Assembly (NCBI GenBank): GCA_041748215.1
Contig: JBGTDR010000151.1
Span: 8,620-72,619, forward strand
Origin: Chthoniobacterales bacterium
GTDB taxonomy: Bacteria > Verrucomicrobiota > Verrucomicrobiia > Chthoniobacterales > JAATET01
DNA: 64,000 nt
Direction of reading: 5' to 3'
The position numbers and the translations under genes are program-made. Within the stretch, counting starts at the first letter, position 1, and each line of letters opens with the position of its first letter. The notes beneath the pieces are model-generated. The model saw nothing but the letters and a program-made list of their open reading frames with translations. It had not been told where the DNA came from and made no database searches. This document shows, in pieces, positions 12,625 to 21,994 of the stretch.

Positions 12625-14022
12625 ATGAAACCATTCCTCGACAAAGATTTCCTGCTCCAATCGGAACCCGCCCGCCGCCTGTATCACGGCGCCGCGGCCC
12701 TTCAGCCGATCATCGATTATCACTCGCACCTGTCACCCGAGCACATTGCCTCGGACCGCGTGTTCGACAACCTGACGCAAGCGTGGCTGGAGGGCGATCA
12801 TTACAAGTGGCGCGCCATGCGGACCAACGGCGTGAAGGAGCGCTACATCACGGGTGACGCCGACGATTACGAAAAATTTGAAAAATGGGCGGCGACGGTG
12901 CCATGGACGGTGCGCAATCCGCTTTTCCACTGGACCCACCTCGAACTCAAACGCACCTTCGACATCAGTGATTTCCTCGGGCCGCGCAGCGCACGCAAGA
13001 TTTACGAAACCGCCTCCGCCCAACTGAGAACTCCGGAATATTCCGTCCGGAATCTCCTGCGAAAAGCCAAATTCGAGGTTGTCTGCACGACCGACGACCC
13101 GTGTGATTCGCTCGAACACCACGAGACGATCCGCGACAGCGATTTCGAAATCCAGGTGCTGCCCACCTTTCGGCCGGACAAATATCTGGCGATTGGCAGC
13201 GAGGCATTTCCCGAGCAGATTCGGCGGCTTTCCAACGCCGCCGCAACCGTGATCCAGACTCACGAGGATCTGCTGGCCGCCCTCGAAAAACGCATCGATT
13301 TTTTTGACCGGATGGGATGCCGCCTGTCCGATCACGGGCTGGAACGGATTCCGTCCGAATCCTTCACCGCAACCGAGGTCGAGGCGATTTTCCAGCGCCG
13401 TCTCGACGGGGGAACGGTTTCGCCCACCGAAGCGGGGGTATTTCTCGTGGCGATGCTCGATCGGCTTGGCCGGATGTATCACCGGCGTGACTGGGCGCAG
13501 CAATTTCACCTCGGGGCGCTGCGCAATAACAATACCCGCCTCCTGCGCCAGCTTGGGCCCGACACGGGATTCGACAGCATCGGCGATTTCGACCAGGCGA
13601 CCGGCCTCTCACGATTCCTCGATCGCCTCGACGCCGACGATCAACTCCCCAGAACCATTCTTTACAACCTCAACCCGCGCGACAACGAGGTCCTCGCCAC
13701 CATGGTCGGAAATTTCAACGACGGCAGCATCGCGGGGAAAATGCAGTTCGGTTCGGCTTGGTGGTTCCTCGATCAGCGCGACGGCATGGAGCGGCAGATC
13801 AACGCCCTCTCGAACATGGGCCTGCTCAGTCGCTTTATCGGCATGCTCACCGACAGCCGCAGCTTCCTTTCGTTTCCCCGTCACGAATATTTCCGACGCA
13901 TCCTCTGCAATCTGCTCGGCGACGATATCGAGCGCGGCGAAGTGCCGAACGACACCGATTGGCTCAGCGGGGTCGTCAATGGCATCAGCTACCTGAACGC
14001 CAAGGCCTACTTCAAATTCTGA
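12625..14022 (+). CDS. uxaC: Glucuronate (uronate) isomerase
   Basis: 465 aa with FLLQSEPARRLYH, PIIDYHSHL and DSRSFLS motifs, typical of UxaC in length and motifs. Confidence 0.9.
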   Translation: MKPFLDKDFLLQSEPARRLYHGAAALQPIIDYHSHLSPEHIASDRVFDNLTQAWLEGDHYKWRAMRTNGVKERYITGDADDYEKFEKWAATVPWTVRNPLFHWTHLELKRTFDISDFLGPRSARKIYETASAQLRTPEYSVRNLLRKAKFEVVCTTDDPCDSLEHHETIRDSDFEIQVLPTFRPDKYLAIGSEAFPEQIRRLSNAAATVIQTHEDLLAALEKRIDFFDRMGCRLSDHGLERIPSESFTATEVEAIFQRRLDGGTVSPTEAGVFLVAMLDRLGRMYHRRDWAQQFHLGALRNNNTRLLRQLGPDTGFDSIGDFDQATGLSRFLDRLDADDQLPRTILYNLNPRDNEVLATMVGNFNDGSIAGKMQFGSAWWFLDQRDGMERQINALSNMGLLSRFIGMLTDSRSFLSFPRHEYFRRILCNLLGDDIERGEVPNDTDWLSGVVNGISYLNAKAYFKF

Positions 14023-14723
14023 TGGCCGCACCCGCTGCTCCGTCGGATCGGCCCGTGCTGATCGCCCACGTTCTGCCGTTCGGACTTTTTATGCTCGGAC
14101 TGGCGGCCGTTTCGCTGGTTCAGAGCCTGGCCGGCGAATCCGACAACCTGCTTCTCGCCGAGCCTGCCTACTGGATTTACCCGTTGCAGACGCTCGCCTG
14201 CGCCGTGGCGCTCGTCGTTTGCTGGCGGCGGTACGCGTTTGGCTCCCAAAAATCCCTGCCGCTTGCCGTTGTGATCGGCCTCCTGGTTTTTGGGATGTGG
14301 GTCAGCCCCCAATGGATTTTTGGCCAGGCACCGCGCCTGGACGGTTTTGATCCCGAGGTATTCGCCGACAATCCCGGCCTCTACTGGAGCACGGTGATCG
14401 CACGGTTCCTGCGACTCGTCGTCGTGGTGCCGCTGGTGGAGGAAATCTTCTGGCGCGGATTTCTGATGCGTTACCTGATCGACGAAGATTTTACCAAGGT
14501 GCCATTTGGGAAATACACCCACCTGAGCTTCTGGGGCGTCACGTTCGCCTTTGCTCTCGCGCATTTGGGTCCGGACTTCGTACCCGCCGTGATCACGGGT
14601 GCTGTCTTTGGCTGGGTGGCCATCCGCACCAAGAGCTTGCTCGCTTGCGTCGTCGCCCACGCCGTCACCAACCTCGCGCTTGGTGTTTACATTATGCAGA
14701 CGCGCCAGTGGGGATTCTGGTAG
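14022..14723 (+). CDS. CPBP-family intramembrane glutamic endopeptidase (CAAX protease-like)
   Basis: The ATG at 14022 overlaps the uxaC TGA (ATGA). Motifs EEIFWRGF (EExxxR), FALAHL (FxxxH) and HAVTN (HxxxN). Polytopic membrane protein. Confidence 0.75.
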   Translation: MAAPAAPSDRPVLIAHVLPFGLFMLGLAAVSLVQSLAGESDNLLLAEPAYWIYPLQTLACAVALVVCWRRYAFGSQKSLPLAVVIGLLVFGMWVSPQWIFGQAPRLDGFDPEVFADNPGLYWSTVIARFLRLVVVVPLVEEIFWRGFLMRYLIDEDFTKVPFGKYTHLSFWGVTFAFALAHLGPDFVPAVITGAVFGWVAIRTKSLLACVVAHAVTNLALGVYIMQTRQWGFW

Positions 14724-14772
14724 GTCCGATCAAACGCAATTCGCTCGCGCGGACTGGCGGCAAATTCCGGAT

Positions 14773-15186
14773 TCAGCTAAACGTCAGGTTCTTCACGCCG
14801 GCGGCCGCCGCGGCGTTCAGCACATCAATGATGCGTTCGTGGCGCGTATCCGGAGTTGGCCGGATGATCACCGGATCATCGCCACCGAAGCGCTCGATGG
14901 TCTCTTCGAGCCAGGCTCGCAGCTCAGGCAGCTCTTTGGTCGTGCCGTAGGATTTGTTGTTCACGATCACGTTTCCGTCCGCGGTGATGTCGACCATGAT
15001 CGGAGTTGGTGGTGGCCCCGCCTTGGCGGCCGAGCGGCCGCTGGGCAGGCTGATGTTCAGCTCGCGCTCGATGATCTGCGATCCCGCCGAGGCCATGAAA
15101 AACAGCAGCAGCACAAACACCACGTCCACCATCGGCGCAATCTGAAATCCCACGTCGCCGTCTTCACTTGTTCCGCCGCCTGCCAT
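14773..15186 (-). CDS. ExbD/TolR-family biopolymer transport protein
   Basis: 137 aa with FQIAPMVDVVFVLLLFFM, the typical N-terminal TM motif of ExbD/TolR. Confidence 0.8.
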   Translation of the reverse strand: MAGGGTSEDGDVGFQIAPMVDVVFVLLLFFMASAGSQIIERELNISLPSGRSAAKAGPPPTPIMVDITADGNVIVNNKSYGTTKELPELRAWLEETIERFGGDDPVIIRPTPDTRHERIIDVLNAAAAAGVKNLTFS

Positions 15187-15201
15187 GTTTCTGGATCGAT
15201 T

Positions 15202-15681
15202 TTAAGGTTGGGTCGGCACGTCCTTGTCGACGACCGAAAATGTCACGTTGGCGATTCCCGCCTGGCCCACCGCTTCAAGCAGGGAGCGCATGAATTCATA
15301 ACGCACGTCGCGATCCGCCCGGATGAGCACGCGGACAAGCGGATTTTGCGTCACATTTCTCTGCAGCATTGCCACGAGATCGGCCGGGCTGGGGTAATTC
15401 TGCTCGTTGACCGTGATGGCGACCGCGTTGTTGATCTGGCTGTAGGTCACGTTGATGATCACCTGACCGGGATTTTCCTTCGCGTCCTTGGCCGCCTTCG
15501 CCACCGGCAGGTTCACATCCTTGCTGGCCTGAAGGACTTCCGTCGAGCTGATCGACATAAAAAAAACGAGCAGAACGAGGAGAATATCGATCATCGGCGC
15601 GATCTGAAATTCCGGATCGGCCTCCGGTTCAGGCTGCCGGTGTTTTTTTTTCCGGCCGGAATGGGATGGGCTGTCCGACAT
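15202..15681 (-). CDS. ExbD/TolR-family biopolymer transport protein (second copy)
   Basis: 159 aa with FQIAPMIDILLVLLVFFM. Confidence 0.8.
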   Translation of the reverse strand: MSDSPSHSGRKKKHRQPEPEADPEFQIAPMIDILLVLLVFFMSISSTEVLQASKDVNLPVAKAAKDAKENPGQVIINVTYSQINNAVAITVNEQNYPSPADLVAMLQRNVTQNPLVRVLIRADRDVRYEFMRSLLEAVGQAGIANVTFSVVDKDVPTQP

Positions 15682-15693
15682 GGGACTGCCTGG

Positions 15694-16620
15694 TTAGGCC
15701 CAGTCGAGGGTGGCCCCGCAATGCGGGCACGGGTTTTGTCCGGGACTGATCGCGCCATTGCAGACCGGGCAATTGGTCGTGAGTTCCATCGAAACGCGAC
15801 GGGAAACGCCCGCTCCCTCAGCACCCGGGAACGCACCGGCGCTGAAATTATCGCCAATTTTGAGTCCTTCGAGTTCTGCAAACGGGATGTCCTCGATGAG
15901 GCGATTGAGTTTATCGTCGGCCCCGACCAGCACGATGGTGGCCCGATTCCGGAAGTAATAATAAAAAATGAACGCCGGGATCGCGATGAAAAGGCCGCTG
16001 GCGGTGGCCATGAGCACCTCACCGATGCTCAATGCGAGTGCCCGCGGATCCGAGACACCGGTTTGTCCCAATACCGCGAATGCCCCCATCATGCCAATGA
16101 CGGTGCCGAGCAGTCCGATCATGGGAGCAATAACCCCGATCACGGACAGATAGCTATTTTGCGTTTTGAGAATTTGAGCCTCGCGCAGACCGTGCTCGAT
16201 GAGGGCCGTCTCGACGGCGTCCTTGCCGCGGCCAATTCGCTCGAGCGCTCCCTGCAGGACTTTCGCGATATACGCTTTATTCGCCCGGCAGATTTCCCAG
16301 GCCTCCTGGTAATTGCCCGCCTCGATCGTTGCGCGCAGGGAATCGACAAGTGCTTTCGGCGCCAGCTTCTCGTCACGAAGACTCAGAAACAGCTGGATGA
16401 TGAATGTGACCATCACGATCGACACCACGAGGATCGCGATCCAGATCATGATAATGAGCGGCCCGCCGTGTAGAATCGTGTCGAGAATGCTCATGCTCTC
16501 TGGCGCGGCGTCCGCAGGTGCTTCCGGCGGAGGTTCCTGGGCGAAGAGAGTGGCAGCCGAAAAAATCAGGGCAAAAATTGAAGCCGTGAGCCGATGCGAC
16601 AGGGAATGGAGACACTTCAT
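15694..16620 (-). CDS. MotA/TolQ/ExbB-family proton channel with C-terminal CxxC...CxxC zinc-ribbon tail
   Basis: Signal-like N-terminus and three TM segments, including SVIGVIAPMIGLLGTVIGMMGAF. The C-terminus is NCPVCNGAISPGQNPCPHCGATLDWA. Confidence 0.8.
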   Translation of the reverse strand: MKCLHSLSHRLTASIFALIFSAATLFAQEPPPEAPADAAPESMSILDTILHGGPLIIMIWIAILVVSIVMVTFIIQLFLSLRDEKLAPKALVDSLRATIEAGNYQEAWEICRANKAYIAKVLQGALERIGRGKDAVETALIEHGLREAQILKTQNSYLSVIGVIAPMIGLLGTVIGMMGAFAVLGQTGVSDPRALALSIGEVLMATASGLFIAIPAFIFYYYFRNRATIVLVGADDKLNRLIEDIPFAELEGLKIGDNFSAGAFPGAEGAGVSRRVSMELTTNCPVCNGAISPGQNPCPHCGATLDWA

Positions 16621-16666
16621 AAAAGAAAACGAGCGGTGAGGAGGGGATGTTTAAGCAAGTGCCTCG

Positions 16667-17419
16667 CTACGGTGCGATGACATTTTTCTCGTTGATGAGA
16701 GCTTCCGCGCGGCGCCGCGCTTCCGCAACCGCGGTCGCGTCGGCGTAAAATACCGTCACCGTTCGTAAATAATTCTGCAACGCTTCCGGGAAATCGCCGT
16801 CCTCCTCGCGGACACGACCCATCAACAAAAACGCCCGACCGTATGCCGCGCTCTGGGCCGGTTCCGCCAACTGCACCTTGGCTGCCTCCGAAATCAGGGG
16901 CGTCAACTTGGATTCCGCAGCCGCAAAATCACCCTTCGAAACGTCCAGCGACGCCATCGAGACGGCGGCCAGACCGCCGGCATCCGGGTAGAGCCGGGTA
17001 AAATCGCTAAAAGTTTTTCCGGCCTCTTCGGTTTGGCCCAGCTCGATCTGCGATTCTCCGAGCATGACGTAAGCACGTTCGACCCAATCGATAGGCAGCC
17101 CCCCGTAGCGGGTGACGACGTTGCGCAAGCCCGCAAGCGCTTGGGCCGTATTGCCGCTGGCGCGCGCAGATTCCGCGGCCGTGAGCTCCGCTGGCAGGGC
17201 GACCCGAGCCGATTTGACCTGTGCCAATGGCACTGTCGATTGCACCGGACCGACTTTGAGGGTGACATTTCCGCCGGAAACGCCGACCACTTCGCCTTGA
17301 CGGCGCTGGCCATTCTCGAGAACCAACTCATCCTGCGCCCATGCCGTCGGCAGACTCGTGATCAGCAGGCAGCTCAGGGACACCAGTTGCCAGAAATGCC
17401 GGGACGAGCTTGATTTCAT
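16667..17419 (-). CDS. Secreted TPR-like protein (YbgF-like context)
   Basis: Signal peptide (LLITSLPTAWAQ). The helical repeat C-terminal half has TPR-like AxxxLG/Y patterns. It is the first gene of the ExbB-ExbD-ExbD block. Confidence 0.5.
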   Translation of the reverse strand: MKSSSSRHFWQLVSLSCLLITSLPTAWAQDELVLENGQRRQGEVVGVSGGNVTLKVGPVQSTVPLAQVKSARVALPAELTAAESARASGNTAQALAGLRNVVTRYGGLPIDWVERAYVMLGESQIELGQTEEAGKTFSDFTRLYPDAGGLAAVSMASLDVSKGDFAAAESKLTPLISEAAKVQLAEPAQSAAYGRAFLLMGRVREEDGDFPEALQNYLRTVTVFYADATAVAEARRRAEALINEKNVIAP

Positions 17420-17476
17420 GTCATCTTTCCTTAATCACATCCCCTCCTTCTTTCAACCTTTGCGAGCTTAATCCCG

Positions 17477-18988
17477 ATGTTTACCTGGATGCGGACCCAT
17501 CAGCGCAAGCTGATGATCGTTGTAACTTTCCTCACAATCATTGCCTTCGTCGTGCTCTACAACACGGCGCAGCTCGACCAGATCGCGGAGGGACAATCGA
17601 TCAAACTTTATGGCCGGGACGTCCCGATGGCTGAGATTCAGAAGTCGGCGCGCATGTTCTCGCTGGCCCTTGCGCTCGGTCTGACCGAATACGCCAGCAT
17701 GCTCGACGGAGCAGGCGGAGAAGCCAGTGCCGGGGAATTTGCGTTCAACACCATGGTACTGCGCCACGAAGCCCGGCAGCTCGGCATCGAACCCACGATC
17801 GAGGAAATCAAAAACGCGATCACGGCGATGCCGGCATTCCAGACCAATGGTCAATTCGACCCCGCGAAGTACGAGACGCTCGTCCAGACGGCTCTCGGTC
17901 CGCAGGGCTTTACCGTTGCGGAAATCGAGGAAAGTGTCCGCAATTCGCTGAAACTCCAACGCATCCTGAAAATCGTCGAATCCGCGCCGACCGTGACCGA
18001 CGACGAAGTTGCCTACACCGCGCGGGCGTTCCAAAAAACCAGCGGGATCGCCGTCACGTTTGATCTCGCGACGTATCTCCCCAAGGTCGAATTTTCCGAC
18101 AATGAAATCGAAGCCGCTTACGCGATTCGTCAGCCCCAGCTCATGACGCCCGAGCTGCGGAGCGTGCGCTACGTCACGTTTGAACTCTCGGAGGAACAGA
18201 AAAAGCTCGAGGGCAAAGCCCGCATCGACGCCCTCCAGGCCGTCGCGGATGCATCGTCCCAATTTGCCGAAGCGGCCGCAACCTCGGGATTCACGTCGGC
18301 GGCGGAGTCCGCCGGACTCGAAATCAAAACGACGCTCGACTTCGATCGCTCGGGAAATGTCCAGACGCCTGAAGGTGCCGCCGAACCCGCGACAAATCTT
18401 GCCGGCCCAATCCCCGTCTTCGCTCCCGCGGCCAGCCTGCTCACCAAGGAACAACCCGTGAGCGGAGTCATCCAAAACGGAGACCAATTCTTTGTGCTCG
18501 AACTGGCCGGCGAAACCGCCTCCCGCCAGCTCACGCTCGAGGAGACGCGCGAAGAGCTGTCCGCCGATGTCCGCCGGACCCTTGCCACCGCCACACTCGA
18601 GGTGGAAGCCGACGACGCCATGGAAAAAATTCGCACCGCAATCAAGGGAGGCCAATCGTTCGCCGACGCGGCCGCGGCCGCCGGTGTGACCACCCGGCCA
18701 TTCACTGAGATCGCTCCGCTTGCCGACACCGGCTCCGAACAGGAGCGCGCATTTGCGGACGCCACCCTTCAACTCAAGGACGGCGAAATCTCCGGCTACG
18801 TCTCGCAGCCCGAAGGCGGATTTTTTACGTGGCTTGAAAAACGTTCACCAGTCGACGAAGCGGAGTTTGCCGAACGCAAGGAGCAGATCGCCGACTACAT
18901 CCTGAGTCGGAAACAATCGATTTTGTTTTTCGAATGGCTCGAGTTTGCCCGCGAAAACGCCGGTCTCGTGATGCCCGGCGACCAGTAG
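17477..18988 (+). CDS. PpiD/SurA-like periplasmic chaperone (N-terminal membrane anchor)
   Basis: The N-terminus MFTWMRTHQRKLMIVVTFLTIIAFVVLY is typical of PpiD-type anchored chaperones. The length and layout fit a SurA_N-like domain plus a degenerate parvulin-like region. Confidence 0.6.
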   Translation: MFTWMRTHQRKLMIVVTFLTIIAFVVLYNTAQLDQIAEGQSIKLYGRDVPMAEIQKSARMFSLALALGLTEYASMLDGAGGEASAGEFAFNTMVLRHEARQLGIEPTIEEIKNAITAMPAFQTNGQFDPAKYETLVQTALGPQGFTVAEIEESVRNSLKLQRILKIVESAPTVTDDEVAYTARAFQKTSGIAVTFDLATYLPKVEFSDNEIEAAYAIRQPQLMTPELRSVRYVTFELSEEQKKLEGKARIDALQAVADASSQFAEAAATSGFTSAAESAGLEIKTTLDFDRSGNVQTPEGAAEPATNLAGPIPVFAPAASLLTKEQPVSGVIQNGDQFFVLELAGETASRQLTLEETREELSADVRRTLATATLEVEADDAMEKIRTAIKGGQSFADAAAAAGVTTRPFTEIAPLADTGSEQERAFADATLQLKDGEISGYVSQPEGGFFTWLEKRSPVDEAEFAERKEQIADYILSRKQSILFFEWLEFARENAGLVMPGDQ

Positions 18989-19001
18989 CCCTGCGGATGC
19001 G

Positions 19002-19346
19002 ATGACCAATCCGGACGACGCGACGCTGGCACTGTTCGACGACGCCAGTGGCGACCTCGCGGTCGGTGATCTCGATGCCGCCGTCGAAAAGTACCGCCGT
19101 TGCGTCGCAGCCGCTCCGGAGTATTTCGACGCCTGGCACGCTTTGGGCATGGCGCTCATGAAAACCGGCCACTACCCCGAGGCCATTACGGCAGGATTGC
19201 GCGCCACCGAATTGCGTCCCAACGACCAGCTGGCCTGGTCCAGTCTTTCGCTTTTTTACGTCCGCAACGGCCAGATCAAGGACGCCGAGAGCGCTGGCGG
19301 CAAAGCCCGCATCCTTTCGTGGGGCGGCAAGATCGTGAAAGATTAA
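19002..19346 (+). CDS. Small TPR-repeat protein
   Basis: 114 aa with TPR-like pattern AVEKYRRCVAAAPEYFDAWHALGMALMKTGHYPEAI...ELRPND. Confidence 0.6.
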   Translation: MTNPDDATLALFDDASGDLAVGDLDAAVEKYRRCVAAAPEYFDAWHALGMALMKTGHYPEAITAGLRATELRPNDQLAWSSLSLFYVRNGQIKDAESAGGKARILSWGGKIVKD

Positions 19347-19433
19347 CCTCCAGGACACCAAGCCCCGAGTTAATCCGTCCGGAGATTTCTCCTTCGTGTC
19401 GTGGTGACTTGGTGGTTCCATTGCCTTCCAACC

Positions 19434-20975
19434 GTGAAGCCGTTTTTCATCACCACCGCGATCGACTACACCAACGGCGCGCCGCACATCGGGCACGCCT
19501 ACGAAAAGGTGCTCGCCGACGTCATCGCCCGCTACCACCGCCAATGTGGCCGCGAGGTTTTTTTCCTCACCGGCGTCGATCAGCATGGTCAAAAGGTCCA
19601 GCAGGCCTCCCAACACGCCGGCGTGCCGCCTGAGCAATTCGTTCTCGAGGTCACTGCGATGTTTCTCGCGCTCTGGGCGAAGCTCGACATCGCGTACGAC
19701 CGCTGGGCGGCCACCACCGAGCCGGCCCACAAAGCCGCCGTGCAGACGATTCTTCAACGCCTGTTCGACGAGGGCCAGCTCTACAAAGCCTCCCAGCGCG
19801 GTTTCTACAGCGTGCGGCAGGAGCAGTTTCTCACCGAAAAAGAACGCGGACCCGAAGGCGAATTCGGCCCGGAGTGGGGCGAGGTCGTCGAGCTCGAAGA
19901 GGAAAATTACTATTTCCGACTCGCTCGACACCGCGACTGGCTGCTTGCGCTCATTGACGCTCGGCCGGATCTGGTGACACCGGAATTTCGGCGCACGGAA
20001 TTGCGCAACGCGGTGGAAAAACTAACCGGTGATCTGTGCATTTCGCGCCCGAAGTCACGACTCACGTGGGGCATCGAATTCCCGTTCGATGCCGATTTCG
20101 TGACCTATGTCTGGTTCGATGCGCTGGTAAATTACATCAGTTTCGCACCGGGCTTCGATGCACAAAATCCTGCCGACTCCGCAGAGTTCAAGGCGTTCTG
20201 GCCCGCACTCCACGTCATTGGAAAGGACATCATGGTCCCCGCCCACGGAGTTTACTGGCCCATCATGCTTCACGGCCTCGGCTTCTCCGACGACCAGATC
20301 CCGCCGCTCCTCGTTCACGGCTGGTGGAACATCAGCGGTGCCAAAATGAGCAAGAGCCTCGGCAACGTCATCGACCCCGCCGCGCTCGCCGACCAATACG
20401 GCGCGGAAGCCGTGCGATATTATCTCGTCGCCGACATCGCGACAGGCAAGGACTCGGATTTCAGCGAAGAGCGCCTCATCCAACGCTACAACGTCGATTT
20501 GGCGAACAACGTCGGCAACCTGCTCAACCGCACGCTGAACATGGCCACGAAATACCGCCAGGGCGTGCTCAAGCAAAGCCTCGAGGGCGATTTGAGCGGG
20601 CGCGCCGCGGAGGTCGTGAATGCGTATGGCACCGCAATGAACGAGTTTCAGATCAATATCGCTATGGAAAAGGCGCTGGGTCTCGCCATCGAGGCCAATC
20701 AGTTTGTTGAGCAGACGAAACCCTGGGCGCTGGCAAAGGCCGGAGACGATAAGGTACTCGACGGAGCCCTGTATCAACTTGCGGAATCTCTGCGGATCAT
20801 TGCGATCCTGCTTTCCCCCGTGCTGCCAAAAGCCGCCTCCGGAATTTACGAGCAGCTTGGCGTGAGTGGCGGATTCCGACTTTCGCATGCCGCCTGGGGC
20901 GGACTGCCTGACGGCCATCAGCTCGGAAAACCCACCCCACTTTTCCCGCGCATCGAGGCCGCAATCGAACCGTAA
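19434..20975 (+). CDS. metG: Methionine--tRNA ligase
   Basis: HIGHAYE (HIGH) and AKMSKSLGN (KMSKS) motifs. The start is placed at GTG 19434 (VKPFFITTAIDYTNG), which matches the usual MetRS N-terminus. The GTGs at 19401/19404 are alternatives. Confidence 0.9.
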   Translation: MKPFFITTAIDYTNGAPHIGHAYEKVLADVIARYHRQCGREVFFLTGVDQHGQKVQQASQHAGVPPEQFVLEVTAMFLALWAKLDIAYDRWAATTEPAHKAAVQTILQRLFDEGQLYKASQRGFYSVRQEQFLTEKERGPEGEFGPEWGEVVELEEENYYFRLARHRDWLLALIDARPDLVTPEFRRTELRNAVEKLTGDLCISRPKSRLTWGIEFPFDADFVTYVWFDALVNYISFAPGFDAQNPADSAEFKAFWPALHVIGKDIMVPAHGVYWPIMLHGLGFSDDQIPPLLVHGWWNISGAKMSKSLGNVIDPAALADQYGAEAVRYYLVADIATGKDSDFSEERLIQRYNVDLANNVGNLLNRTLNMATKYRQGVLKQSLEGDLSGRAAEVVNAYGTAMNEFQINIAMEKALGLAIEANQFVEQTKPWALAKAGDDKVLDGALYQLAESLRIIAILLSPVLPKAASGIYEQLGVSGGFRLSHAAWGGLPDGHQLGKPTPLFPRIEAAIEP

Positions 20976-21103
20976 TAATTCCCTAAATTCTGTCCAAAGA
21001 ATCTCCTTCACCCGACCCGCTGGCCGGATTCACCGGCTTCAAGCGCTTCAGATACCGGCTTGAATACTGGGCGCTCGAGTCCGTCGCCGCGATCGTTCCG
21101 TTA

Positions 21104-21994
21104 TTGCCGTACGAGGCCCTTGAACCGCTCGCCAACTGGCTAGGCGGCCTGGCTTGCGCCGTGGATTCCCGCGGTCGCACCGCTGCGTTGGAAAATCTTC
21201 GCGCGGCGTTTCGCAGCAAATATTCACCCGATGAGCGCGCGCAGATTGCCCGCGCTTCGTACCAAAACTTCGCGCGCACGATGTTGTGCCTATTCTGGTC
21301 GCCAAGGCTGACCAACGGACGCTGGAGGGAATTTCTCCACGTCGAAGGTCTCGATCTCGACCCGTGCCACCGCGACCCGGCAGCGCCCGTCGTTTATTTC
21401 TGCGCGCACTACGGAAACTTCGAATGGCTCAGCCACGCGTCCGCTTACGCCATCCGGACCGGGCCGGTCATTTTCCAAAAGTTCAAAAATCCGCTGCTCG
21501 GGCCAGTGTTCAGTCGGCTGCGGGCGACCAGCGGACACGAAATCGTGCCGCAGGAACGCGCCATCATTCGCATGCTGAAAGTCATCAAAGCGGGAGGAAA
21601 ATTTGGCGCGCTCACCGACTTGAGCCTCGACCCAAAACACGGCGGCATCCCGATTCATTGTTTCGGGCTGTGGACCTCGGCTAGCCCTTTGCTTTACGCC
21701 CTGCGATCTCGCACCGGCGTCACGCTGATTCCGTGTGAATGTGTGCCCGGATCCGACGGTACCTACACCGCGCGGTATCATCCGGCCATCGAGCTTCCCG
21801 CCGATGCGACCGCCACCGAAATCACGCAGGCATGCTGGGACAGCATCGAGCGATCCATTCGCGCCCGCCCGGAACTCTGGCTCTGGGCTTACAAACATTG
21901 GCGCTTCCGGCCGTCCGCCGCGGCTCCTTCAGATTACCCCGCCTACGCCAATCCCGCCGGCCGTTTTGACCGCATGATTGCCGGCATCGACTAA
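21104..21994 (+). CDS. LpxL/HtrB-type lysophospholipid (lipid A late) acyltransferase family protein; true start probably upstream
   Basis: FCAHYGNFEW matches the HxxxxD/HxGNWE-type acyltransferase motif region. The first ATG/GTG/TTG is TTG 21104, but the frame is open from 20987 with family-like sequence. Confidence 0.65.
   Translation: MPYEALEPLANWLGGLACAVDSRGRTAALENLRAAFRSKYSPDERAQIARASYQNFARTMLCLFWSPRLTNGRWREFLHVEGLDLDPCHRDPAAPVVYFCAHYGNFEWLSHASAYAIRTGPVIFQKFKNPLLGPVFSRLRATSGHEIVPQERAIIRMLKVIKAGGKFGALTDLSLDPKHGGIPIHCFGLWTSASPLLYALRSRTGVTLIPCECVPGSDGTYTARYHPAIELPADATATEITQACWDSIERSIRARPELWLWAYKHWRFRPSAAAPSDYPAYANPAGRFDRMIAGID

Noticed and set aside
14599-16473. 624-aa plus-strand ORF
   Set aside because: It is antisense to the ExbD-ExbD-ExbB genes, which have clear family motifs.
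17468-18772. 434-aa minus-strand ORF
   Set aside because: It is antisense to the PpiD-like gene. The translation is Gly/Arg/Glu-rich and has no motifs.
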